The notes below the pieces were generated by a model. That model saw only the letters and a list, made by a program, of their open reading frames with translations. It had not been told where the DNA came from and did not search any database. Source: Klebsiella phage phiKp_32. Taken from it: a stretch of 64,000 bases of DNA. Below, in pieces: positions 37,897 to 47,486 of the stretch. Location: sequence record LC768500.1; one strand, written 5' to 3'. How positions within the stretch are numbered: the stretch's first letter is position 1; each line of letters opens with the position of its first letter. Position numbers and translations under genes: made by a program.

Positions 37897-40169
37897 ATGA
37901 CACAGCCAACTAAGAATCCTATTCCCAGTGGGAATATATTAGATCAAATTTTTAACGGGGAAAAGATCGACGAGGTGGTGAACAGCGATAATGAGCAATA
38001 CTCAGACCGTTTCGGTATTAAACGTTTCACAGTAACGGGACTTGCGAAGTTAGTTAAAGATCTTATTGCATCTATCTCCGGTGTGGGTGGCGCGGCTAAC
38101 GTAGGATTGGCTCAGGGAGGAAATATCCAACAGGCGATATCTTATATCACGCCTGAAATGTCAGGAATCGTCACCGGTGTCGGAAATGCGGATGACGACA
38201 CGTCAGCAATACAATGGGCTTTTAATCAAAACCTCCCCATCGTCTTTAACCCTAAAAAGGTTTACCACATAAATCCTGGGGTTATCACTCACGTCGGTGC
38301 TGTAGATGTCAAGGCCTCCACCGCTACCTTTGTTTCTGACGGTCCTGCTTTTGAGATCATAGATTGCGACGGTAGTCAATGGGACGGGGGTATTTTTGTT
38401 TCGCAAACTATTCCGTGGACCGTTGTGTACGATGCCGGGTTCAATGTGATAGAGTCCGGAAGATTGGGGTATGGTAGGATGCCTTATCAGGACAGCGGGG
38501 TCGATCCGAATTTTCTATATCAAAAAATAGCCTGCTCTTTAATTTTTAGATCGTCTGATCAGTCTGTGAAAGACGGACTTCTGGTTAAAAATATTAAAGG
38601 GAGTTACGCTAATATAGTCTGCGCTGGCTTTAAAAATACGGTTTTTGACAATTTAGAGATTAGAGGGGGGCTTTAGGGGCAGCTCTTCTTATCCTTAATG
38701 ATTGCGAACAACCGGTTCTTTCTGGTTTTGGGTGGAATGCGGGGGCGGATACAAGTAAAGGTAATAGTTTTAAATGGGGTAGAGGAACTAATCACATTAT
38801 TAAGAATTCGAAGTTTTTCGAATCCAGACAAATGGGTCTGGCCATTATGGGGTCGGATAATATAATATTATCCGATATTTGGACTTATGACAACGCCGAA
38901 TCCGGAATACAGACCGGTCAATATTCGGCAGCCTACCCCCAAGAATCAATAATTTCCAAACACATAACCCAAAAAGGATGTCTGTCGTGGGGCAACTATT
39001 ACGACGGGTTTGACCACGCCACCGTCACGTCTGGTGCCAACGGTCCTTATTTTGAAAAACACCTGAACATGATTGGTAACCAGGCGTTCAATAATAGAGC
39101 TACTGGGATGGTGGTCCAAGGAAACTTTTTACAAATTAATAATAATGAGTTCTCTGTTAACGGAACACACGGGGTTTCTATAAGAGATTCATCGGTTATA
39201 GATGTTTCCGACAATATCATGTACAAGAACGGAGCGATTTCCGGTGGGTATGGGTTGGTAGTTGTCGGGACCGATAGTTTGATTAAAGACAATACCATTA
39301 TTAACGACGAAACACTTGCAAACTCACATATTGTTAATATTTCCGTGGGTAATCAAGCAAGAAAAATTTTCGATGTTAAATTTATTACCTCCCTAATTTC
39401 AGTTCGTTCTTCCCCTACAATGGTTATTGGAAATGGTGTCGATATATCGTACACCAAAACAACTTCTAATGGAGCGGTTACATCCAGCGGTACAAAATCA
39501 AGTTTGGTTAAAGGGGATTTTGTCGCAGGAAAAACTAACAGTGAGTTTTACGATGATGAGTTTGGCGCTGTTCAGGCTTGGAAGCACCCTTATACCGGGT
39601 CGTATTTAAGATTAGGTCCCCTGGATACAGGCAGAACGACTAACGGGCCTTTTACAATAAGTTACAATAGGGGTAAAAACACAACTGCTCCTACTGGATA
39701 TTCTGATAACACAGGGATAGGGTCCACCGAATTAATATTTAATCCCACGTCGTTTATGCTGAATATCTATGCAGCCAATAGCCCGATAACCCCAGTCGTG
39801 GGTTACTCATTTAATACGACTAGTGTAAGACCAACGATTACCAATTTTGCTACTTTAGGAGAAAACAATTACCGGTTCAAAACTCTATATTTAAACTCCT
39901 TCGTTATTTCAGACTCAGGAATAATCCCTGAACAAACAAATATCGTTGATTTGGGTTCGGGCACAAAACGGATAAGAACAGGTTATTTTAACGCCCTCGA
40001 TCTTAGCACTTCGCCTAAAATAGGGAGTGGTGAAGCGGCGGTTATTGTTCAGCCTCCCGCGACTTCAACTTCGAATGGGACGAAGGGGCAGATTGCTTAT
40101 GATACCTCCTATATTTATTTGTGTGTTTCGGCCAATACCTGGATGAGATCACCATTATCATCTTGGTAA
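37897..40169 (+). pseudogene. Tailspike paralogue 4, split into two ORFs (37897..38676 and 38832..40169) by a frameshift at a G6 tract
   Basis: The N-terminal ORF carries the shared anchor motif (MTQPTKNPIPS...FNGEKIDEVVNSD..YSDRFGIKRFT); the second ORF is a beta-helix body with no anchor. A +1 nt slip in GGGGGG (38665-38670) joins the two frames with no stop across 38671-38831. Confidence 0.55.
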
Positions 40170-40179
40170 TAACATAATT

Positions 40180-40212
40180 CGATATCTCGACGGATAATCC
40201 GTCGAGATATCG
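40180..40212 (+). terminator. Stem-loop terminator
   Basis: cgatatctcgacgg-ataat-ccgtcgagatatcg; 14-bp stem. Confidence 0.65.
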
Positions 40213-40287
40213 ATAATTTTATGCTGATCTAAATTCAGTAGACTTGCGCAAGTCTTTTATACTACATTCTTTTAAAGGAGTAACCTC

Positions 40288-42846
40288 GTGGCTACAACTC
40301 CAACTACGGGTGACATCCCCAGCAATGCTGCGGTGGACCTCAAGTTTAACTCGGAACAATTCGACCGAGTAATGAATTCTGACGATCTGACTTATACGGA
40401 TCGTTTTGGTAAAAAACGCATTACAATGAAAGGGGTTCAGGAACTCGCTAATGGCTTCCAGGATACTTTCACCAATCTGTTGGGTTCTCCCGACGGGTTT
40501 AAACTGATCGGCGGAGTAAAGTCTTTTGACACCCTGAGATCAACCCCAGTGAAAACCGAAGGTCAGCGTATTTTCCTCAAGTCTTACTATCAAGATGGAG
40601 TCGACGGCGGTGGGCTCTTCATAGGACACATCGGAACCAAGTTAGATGACTCCGGAACCGTTGCCCAGGGAGTTAACTACTACTGGGAGCGAGTTCTAGG
40701 CGGAATTACACCCACGGTAGAGATGTTCGGTTGCCCTAACAGCACGACTGTTGACGCCGGCCCTTATATCACTTTAGCGCTAGGAGTTGTTGGCGAAGTA
40801 CGTTTACAGGATAGAACGTATTACGTGGACTCGGCGGATATTCCATCGGGCAGCAGGATTGTTTCTTTGGGTGGGGCTGTGATAAGGCCGTTAACCTCCA
40901 ATGCTTCTGCTAAATTTAACCTAGGTTCTGGAAGAGAAAAAATAAGATTTGAGAATATTAAATTCTCTGATCCGGCCGGCCTCGTTACCAGTGAAGACGC
41001 CCTTTTAATAAATGCCGAAAGCATCACCGGATTGACTATTACCAATTGCACCTTTGAAGGTTTAAAGCAGCGTTGTGTTAGAGTTAGAAATGGTTCCGGG
41101 ATAAAAATTACCGATAACAAATTCAGAGGAAGTCTCCCGCATTCTCAATTAAGCGATGAAAGATCCGCTGAGATTTATCTGGTTGACACCCTAGCACACG
41201 TGATCGTCTCTAATAATCAGTTCTATGGGACCGACAGTGGGTTATGGGGGTCTAGAGAAATTGGGGTGTTTGTTCACGCGGTTACGTCAGGGGCGTATTG
41301 GAATGACGTGCATATCGTGTCCAACTACTTCGAAAACTATCGTCGGTTTGGTATAGGCGTGGGAACTCAGGATATAGGAACCCTAGACCAGTTATCAAAA
41401 AATGTATGGATTACCGAAAATACAATTATTAACTCCGGCCAAGAAGGGATCAAAATGAAAGCCGGGTCGATAGTCCATGTTGATAACAACACTGTCGACG
41501 GATTTGAAGGAATAATGGCTGAGGTGCCGGATTCCTTGAACGGCGGAATTTTCATGCAAATTAACGCCGAGTCTACTTGTAACGGCAACCGTATTTATGG
41601 GAAAAATAAGAAGTTATGGTCCGGTGCCGTAACTTCGGCCACTGGTACAACAGTTTCTCTTCCCACAAGTAACTGGACGACATATACGATATCAGCAACC
41701 CAAGGTAGCGGAGTCAGTACCATTGCCGGCAAGTATGTTTATATAAGTTCAGGAACTGGAGTGGGTCAGTGGCGCCGGATTTCTAGCTGGAACAGCACGA
41801 CCAATATGGCTACCGTCAACACCGCATGGACGACCGTTCCGGATACGACCAGCGTGATAGAAGTTTATAGCAACCCCTCCATGGGCATAAAGTATCGCGG
41901 GAATAACACGGGTGGGTCCACCTGGGCCGATAGTAGAACCGCAAGATGCTTCCAAAGCATGAACAACTATGTGGAAGGCTGCGAGGTGGGATTTGGGTTA
42001 TCCGAACCCCTTTTCAATTGCCAATTCGGCTCACTTCATGCCCAGAACTGTAGAGCGATACTAAAAACTTATTCTGGAACGCTGAAAACAACCCGCGGGA
42101 TTCAGTTCTTTGGACTGACGGGCCAGTATCTTGACTACCCGTCCACTGACAACTCATCCGCCATAACCTTTACAGACTGTAGCCAAATCGAAATACATGG
42201 CTTAAAAATTTCTGGAAGTTATTACGATGGGTTGAGGTTATCAAATGTCGACAACTTTAAAATTTTCGGCGGTGTTGTGGAAGGATGCGGGATGGGGGTC
42301 AGCGGTCGTTACGGCCTGGCTATTGCTGGTGGTGTGACTAACTTCGAATCACACGGTGTGACCTACGGCGGGGCCAATGCGGGAGCTGGACAAAGCTACG
42401 CCGCATTTTTCCAGAATACTAATAGCGGAATATCCTTCTTCGGCGGCAGTATGCTGGGTAACGTTGCGGGAGTGTTTAACCCAGGGTCGTCTGGAGCTCT
42501 GTATCCTCCAAGAGATACTGTCTTTAGCGGGGTAGCTGGGGCGGGTCAGATTAAGGGCGTGACTCTCGTAGATAATGCGTCCAAAGTAATTGTCCCCGGT
42601 ACTGATAAAGACACTGTTTTATTTAATACCGCGCTGACCGCGATTAGAACAGTAACTTTCTCCACAGCCTTTGTTGAAGATGGTTGCGTGTACACCATCT
42701 GTAGATCGGCCGCCGCCACGGGGAGTTTTGCTCTCAACGTAGTGACCGCGGTAGGAACACAAGCCCTCGCAGCAGGCTCCTACCTAAGAGTTATTTACTC
42801 GAGTACGCTAGGTTGGATTCCTGTTTCCTACGGTTTATTGAGTTAA
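40288..42846 (+). CDS. Tailspike paralogue 5 (pectate-lyase-like beta-helix)
   Basis: GTG start with RBS aaggag. MATTPTTGDIPS...FNSEQFDRVMNSD..YTDRFGKKRIT. Rungs NCTFEG, ITDNKFRG, ITENTIINSG, VDNNTVDG. Confidence 0.75.
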   Translation: MATTPTTGDIPSNAAVDLKFNSEQFDRVMNSDDLTYTDRFGKKRITMKGVQELANGFQDTFTNLLGSPDGFKLIGGVKSFDTLRSTPVKTEGQRIFLKSYYQDGVDGGGLFIGHIGTKLDDSGTVAQGVNYYWERVLGGITPTVEMFGCPNSTTVDAGPYITLALGVVGEVRLQDRTYYVDSADIPSGSRIVSLGGAVIRPLTSNASAKFNLGSGREKIRFENIKFSDPAGLVTSEDALLINAESITGLTITNCTFEGLKQRCVRVRNGSGIKITDNKFRGSLPHSQLSDERSAEIYLVDTLAHVIVSNNQFYGTDSGLWGSREIGVFVHAVTSGAYWNDVHIVSNYFENYRRFGIGVGTQDIGTLDQLSKNVWITENTIINSGQEGIKMKAGSIVHVDNNTVDGFEGIMAEVPDSLNGGIFMQINAESTCNGNRIYGKNKKLWSGAVTSATGTTVSLPTSNWTTYTISATQGSGVSTIAGKYVYISSGTGVGQWRRISSWNSTTNMATVNTAWTTVPDTTSVIEVYSNPSMGIKYRGNNTGGSTWADSRTARCFQSMNNYVEGCEVGFGLSEPLFNCQFGSLHAQNCRAILKTYSGTLKTTRGIQFFGLTGQYLDYPSTDNSSAITFTDCSQIEIHGLKISGSYYDGLRLSNVDNFKIFGGVVEGCGMGVSGRYGLAIAGGVTNFESHGVTYGGANAGAGQSYAAFFQNTNSGISFFGGSMLGNVAGVFNPGSSGALYPPRDTVFSGVAGAGQIKGVTLVDNASKVIVPGTDKDTVLFNTALTAIRTVTFSTAFVEDGCVYTICRSAAATGSFALNVVTAVGTQALAAGSYLRVIYSSTLGWIPVSYGLLS

Positions 42847-42854
42847 TTAATCCA

Positions 42855-42878
42855 AGAGGGAGATTTAGATCTCCCTCT
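42855..42878 (+). terminator. Stem-loop terminator
   Basis: agagggagat-ttag-atctccctct. Confidence 0.55.
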
Positions 42879-42894
42879 ACCTAAAAGGTGAGTT

Positions 42895-44412
42895 ATGACT
42901 ACCCCAACTAATAACAATATACCGAGTAACTCGGTTCAAGACCGATTATTCAACGCAGAAAAATTTGACGAGTTTATCAACTCTAACAACACGTCTTTTA
43001 CAGACCGTCTTGGGATCAGCAGAACGACGTTAAACGGGATTAGACAAAACGTTTCTAATTGGATGACGTCGTTTTCCACTGAAAACGGGGCGGAGAATGT
43101 CGGATATAGAACCTCTAATGTGGGAGATGTTCTTTCCCGTATGAGGACAATGAGTGACTCGGGTCTTCCGCGTCCTTATCTGGGGTATTCTTCGACTAAC
43201 GACCTTGCTATTTTTACAGAGCAGGGCGCTCTTCGCGATACCGATCTTCTTTTGAATGGTTCGATCACCATAGGTAGGAAATTCCGTAGTATTCGCAGGC
43301 ACGCGACCGCATTGAGTTTACGAGGTGGCCGAGCTTCATCAGGAGATACTGGAGTCTTCAATGCTCAGGTTACGGGTGCGCAGAACGCCAGGGGCGTAGC
43401 TGCATATGGGTTGAATGATGGCGTAACATTATTTGCCGACGCCTTAGCTCCAGCACTGGAAGACTGGGAAACAGTTGATACTGCGTCATATACCGCCACG
43501 ACTGTTACGGTCAGCCCATCGGTGTATTCTTCTTTCCTGACCAACGCCCTAGTTGGTGACGTCATTCAGACACTCCACCCCACTAAATGTTGGGGGTTGA
43601 TTACCAGTATAAACAAAACCACTGGTGTGGTGACAGTTGATGAATGGGCGACAGCTGATGGGGCCACTCTAACACCGACTTCGGGCGTGGGGTTCAACGT
43701 CAACCTGATTAATAAAGTTTGGGCTATCAACGCCAACACTATCATTAACAGCAACTCTGCCGCCGATAATGCCGTAATATGCGAATTTGGGGCGGTGATC
43801 AATAAGTCTGGAGCTTCGCTAAACGGTATCGATATTCCGCTGCTCCAACAAAGCCTCTATGATGGTGTGGCTGGCGTACTGGTTCGCCCTGCGAGCACTT
43901 CAGCTAAAACATGGTTGTACGGTGTCCGTTCAACTAATAACAGAATGAACTTCTATGCGTCCGGCGCCACGTATAATAACTACGTATCGACCGGGTCTGC
44001 GCCAGTCGGAATAAGATTTTCTGGAATGCCCACTTATTCGATGGTGTTCAGCAAATCTTCCGATATGACAGATATGTCGTATGTTAACTCGACGATGATT
44101 TACGATGGATACGGTAGACGTCTGCGCAATATGACTAAGTACAGTGTGCTTACGACGAATACAACGCTGAATGCGCTCATTCCTTGTTATCTGATAAATG
44201 CAGCCGGGATAACTCTGACAATGCCGGCTATAAGTAATATGTCTTCAGGTCATTTTTACGAATTGAAGATACTTAGGGCTGGAACATACTATATCACCGC
44301 CAACGCCCAGGAAGTCAACGTAAGTGGTTACGCTACGTACCCTTTAACTGTCACCACCCCAACTAAAGTAGAGGTTTGGTACGATGGATCGACCTGGATA
44401 ATTGTTCCTTAA
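42895..44412 (+). CDS. Tailspike/tail-fibre paralogue 6
   Basis: MTTPTNNNIPS...FNAEKFDEFINSN..FTDRLGISRTT; the anchor is divergent but recognisable. Confidence 0.7.
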   Translation: MTTPTNNNIPSNSVQDRLFNAEKFDEFINSNNTSFTDRLGISRTTLNGIRQNVSNWMTSFSTENGAENVGYRTSNVGDVLSRMRTMSDSGLPRPYLGYSSTNDLAIFTEQGALRDTDLLLNGSITIGRKFRSIRRHATALSLRGGRASSGDTGVFNAQVTGAQNARGVAAYGLNDGVTLFADALAPALEDWETVDTASYTATTVTVSPSVYSSFLTNALVGDVIQTLHPTKCWGLITSINKTTGVVTVDEWATADGATLTPTSGVGFNVNLINKVWAINANTIINSNSAADNAVICEFGAVINKSGASLNGIDIPLLQQSLYDGVAGVLVRPASTSAKTWLYGVRSTNNRMNFYASGATYNNYVSTGSAPVGIRFSGMPTYSMVFSKSSDMTDMSYVNSTMIYDGYGRRLRNMTKYSVLTTNTTLNALIPCYLINAAGITLTMPAISNMSSGHFYELKILRAGTYYITANAQEVNVSGYATYPLTVTTPTKVEVWYDGSTWIIVP

Positions 44413-44457
44413 CGATTTAACCAATATATGGACCATAAACCCATCTAGGGAAATATC

Positions 44458-44739
44458 ATGTCAGCCGAAAAACAAATTCTTCAACTTCAAGCTCAAATTT
44501 GCCACCTGCGTTTAGAAGGCGCCGAAGCCAAACGATACATCGCCGAGCTCGAATCGATTATCGCTAATAACGAATTGCAGCGTGTATCTATCGAGTTGGG
44601 TCGTATCGAGAAAGCCGAAGGTATGGAGAAAGATACCGCTCGGCAAGAAGAAGACGAGGCGGTGAACAAAGACATCGAAGATATCAAACGCGCAGAACGG
44701 GCTTCAGAAGAAACTCAGGCAGAAGAAGAACAGCAGTAA
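44458..44739 (+). CDS. Acidic coiled-coil protein (93 aa)
   Basis: ORF with the tagggaaatatcATG start context. Heptad-like and E/Q-rich. Confidence 0.5.
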   Translation: MSAEKQILQLQAQICHLRLEGAEAKRYIAELESIIANNELQRVSIELGRIEKAEGMEKDTARQEEDEAVNKDIEDIKRAERASEETQAEEEQQ

Positions 44740-45120
44740 ATCCTTATAGTCAGTAGAATTGGGGGTATTTTTTAACTAACGTACCGTAGAGTTTGCCTCC
44801 AGAGCGTACGCTAAATTGGTTAATGTGAAGGTCCGATCTTTTGATTACACTGCCGATATGGGGTTCATTACTCAAGGCTGTAATTTTACAACCGTTACTA
44901 AGTGGGGTTTCCCTCAATTCGGGTCATTTGGTTTGGGTGAGAGGACTCAGCGAATGGATGCGATGGGCGCCGGCGCGGTAGCGGAATACATCAACACAGT
45001 TAATCAGGGTGTGTCGTTCAAAGCTTTAACAACTTACTCCGGGACATAATTCTAGTTATTTTCTACCCAGCCCTAATGCTATGAAGGTAAGGAGTTAACC
45101 CACACACAGCAGGTACTTAT

Positions 45121-45894
45121 ATGCATAATCGTAGTGTTAAGCGTGCTAACCGCGACGCTCGTCGCGAAGCAAGACGTCAAGATAAGTCCCAAAGTAGCCA
45201 ACTGAAACTGGTGGACAACAATTTCAGTGAAATAAATCTACCTCTTGCAAAAGCTGATCGGAGTAAGATTGAGCCGAAAACCCCAATGCAACAAAAATAT
45301 TGGAATGGGTTACACGCCCACGATGTCGTCATCGGTATTGGTGAAGCGGGTAGCGGTAAAACGTTCCTCCCGACTTGTTACGCTGCAGAACGTCTGCTGG
45401 CTAAAGACGTGGAAAAGATTATCGTTACACGACCAGTCCTACAGGCCGATGAAGATCTGGGTTTTCTCCCCGGGGATGTTAATGAGAAATTCGCACCTTA
45501 CTTCCGACCGGTCTACGATATCTTACTGAAACGCCTGGGTGGTGGAATGCTCAACTATTGCATGAAGCCTGGCGTGGAGAAAGTTGAAGTCGCCCCCTTT
45601 GCTTTTATGAGAGGTCGTACTTTTTCTGACTCAGTGGTGATTCTTGACGAAGCGCAAAACGTTACAGTTATGCAGATGAAAATGTTCATCACTCGTATGG
45701 GTGAGAACACTACGGTAATCATCAACGGCGACCTTACCCAGTGCGATCTTCCTAAAGGAGTTAAATCCGGTCTGGAAGATCTACTGGAGCGCATTGAACG
45801 AGATCCTGAAAATGGATTCCCGATTTATCGTTTCAATGCGGCTGATAGTGTGCGGTCAGATATTTGCTCCAAAGCCCTGAAACTTTATAAGTAA
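45121..45894 (+). CDS. phoH: PhoH-like ATPase
   Basis: Walker A GIGEAGSGKTFL, Walker B VILDEAQN, and PhoH-type spacing. 257 aa. Confidence 0.8.
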   Translation: MHNRSVKRANRDARREARRQDKSQSSQLKLVDNNFSEINLPLAKADRSKIEPKTPMQQKYWNGLHAHDVVIGIGEAGSGKTFLPTCYAAERLLAKDVEKIIVTRPVLQADEDLGFLPGDVNEKFAPYFRPVYDILLKRLGGGMLNYCMKPGVEKVEVAPFAFMRGRTFSDSVVILDEAQNVTVMQMKMFITRMGENTTVIINGDLTQCDLPKGVKSGLEDLLERIERDPENGFPIYRFNAADSVRSDICSKALKLYK

Positions 45895-45900
45895 ATTCTA

Positions 45901-45935
45901 ATAACTCCTACTCCCTTATCGGGAGTAGGAGTTAT
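45901..45935 (+). terminator. Terminator, member of the conserved CTCCTACTCCC family
   Basis: ataactcctactccc-ttatc-gggagtaggagttat (15-bp stem), then tttaa. Confidence 0.75.
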
Positions 45936-45984
45936 TTTAAACGCACCACGGTTATTTATGAACTTTTCATAAGAGACCGTAATC

Positions 45985-46452
45985 ATGAACCTCATGTACG
46001 ATAATTACTACGGAAAAGAAATACTTGGATTGGGTTTAGAGGGTGAAGTCATCACAATGCTAAATTTGGCGATGGCTGATATTAATCACTTCGCTAAGAA
46101 AAGCATTTCTAAAGATATCAACCCCTATCCGTTCAATCTGGAAGATTTTAAGCACAACCGTTTAAACGAACACTACTTCCTCGTTTTTGATGGGAAGAAA
46201 ATAGTGTCGATTCTATCCGTCGTTTACGCTTTAGAGCATCATCTCAAAATAGCTAAAATCTTTAACGTTTATACGTTACCGGAGTATCGCCATAAAGGAC
46301 TTGCTAAACGCAACCTAATCGCCGCTATCGTGTCGGCAAGATCAAATGGGTACATTGTGCAGTTAAACGTTTACAGGTCTAATAAAGCCGCTCAGAAGCT
46401 TTACAAGAGTCTCAAATTTAAACCTGTAGAATACACCATGCAGCTCGGTTAA
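45985..46452 (+). CDS. GNAT-family acetyltransferase
   Basis: LPEYRHKGLAKRNLIAAIV (motif A) and a downstream KLYKSLKF. Paralogue of 27045..27512. Confidence 0.6.
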   Translation: MNLMYDNYYGKEILGLGLEGEVITMLNLAMADINHFAKKSISKDINPYPFNLEDFKHNRLNEHYFLVFDGKKIVSILSVVYALEHHLKIAKIFNVYTLPEYRHKGLAKRNLIAAIVSARSNGYIVQLNVYRSNKAAQKLYKSLKFKPVEYTMQLG

Positions 46453-46560
46453 TTTTAACTACGTTATCGCCTTATTAGTAATGAAGAGAGAATACATTGT
46501 TTTAAACATCGGTTTGAAATAATACGTTCTCATTTTTAACACTAAGCGAAGGTAAATAAA

Positions 46561-47349
46561 ATGAAAGTAACTAAAGAACAATTGATTGAAGCTTTTAACC
46601 AAACAGTGGAAAAAGAAGAAATTGGTTTCAGTGATGGCAAAGAGAGGCTTAAACTGGTCTTAGACGACCCTAAGATGACCCCTCAGGAATTCGAGAATGT
46701 CGTGGGTTGGCTAACCGAGATCTTTTTCTCAGGAACCAATCTGCTGCATATTAATAACCAAACCTCATTAACAGGTGTTCTTTTCTTAAATAACGTTACA
46801 AGTCATTCCAAAGAACTCATTCTAACTAACTCTAACTTGCATAATACTAGTATTTCGGATAAAGGTCGGTGTGAGATTATTCATTCTAAGTTACAAGAAA
46901 GCTCGATTGCCTCTTATGAGGGAATTGGATCAAAGGTGATTGTTAAGTATAGCGACGTTATTGCCTGCCATTTAAACGGTGTTTTTATCGATCACGCTAT
47001 TGTCGTTTGTAGGGAAATTCGCGAAAGTATCACCCTGGAGAATTGCCATATTGCGCACTCAAGACTCTACTTTGGTCCATGTGAGATAAAAAATAAAAAG
47101 TTCTCGTCAGTTATCATCGACGCGGTTAATTTTACCGGTGATTATTTCTGTATTGGGTTAAATGGAGAAAACGCAGTAGGATATGTCAATGGAACTGAAA
47201 AACTAATTGTGGTGGGCGAAAAGAGATACAATCCCGGCAGTTGGGAAGAACAATTCGTTAATAAAGAACAAAATTTATTCATTAAAATGATGAATCAAAA
47301 GAAATTAGAAATGATGAATATGTTCTTCGATAGTTTGGCGTTTAAATAA
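46561..47349 (+). CDS. Hypothetical beta-repeat protein (262 aa)
   Basis: ORF with RBS gaagg. Has a periodic hydrophobic/Cys pattern. Confidence 0.5.
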   Translation: MKVTKEQLIEAFNQTVEKEEIGFSDGKERLKLVLDDPKMTPQEFENVVGWLTEIFFSGTNLLHINNQTSLTGVLFLNNVTSHSKELILTNSNLHNTSISDKGRCEIIHSKLQESSIASYEGIGSKVIVKYSDVIACHLNGVFIDHAIVVCREIRESITLENCHIAHSRLYFGPCEIKNKKFSSVIIDAVNFTGDYFCIGLNGENAVGYVNGTEKLIVVGEKRYNPGSWEEQFVNKEQNLFIKMMNQKKLEMMNMFFDSLAFK

Positions 47350-47355
47350 TAAAGT

Positions 47356-47389
47356 TTTACTCTACCTCGGTTTCCCGAGGTAGAGTAAA
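47356..47389. terminator. Bidirectional terminator between convergent genes
   Basis: tttactctacctcgg-tttc-ccgaggtagagtaaa; 15-bp stem. Confidence 0.7.
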
Positions 47390-47486
47390 GAGAGCCATCT
47401 GGATTATTAATGTCTAAGGAATATAACCGAGGAACCCAGCAAAAGAAACACCCAAAAATCAGCTAGTGAGTGTTCTATCGTTCTTT

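Noticed and set aside
44816-45049. 77-aa TTG-start ORF in the gap upstream of phoH.
   Set aside because: It has no RBS and an atypical composition. It is kept only as part of the unexplained-gap finding.
46561-47349. Pentapeptide-repeat (Qnr/MfpA-like DNA mimic) assignment for the 262-aa beta-repeat protein.
   Set aside because: Tiling the sequence in pentads does not give a consistent A[DN]LXX pattern. It is left as a hypothetical beta-repeat protein.
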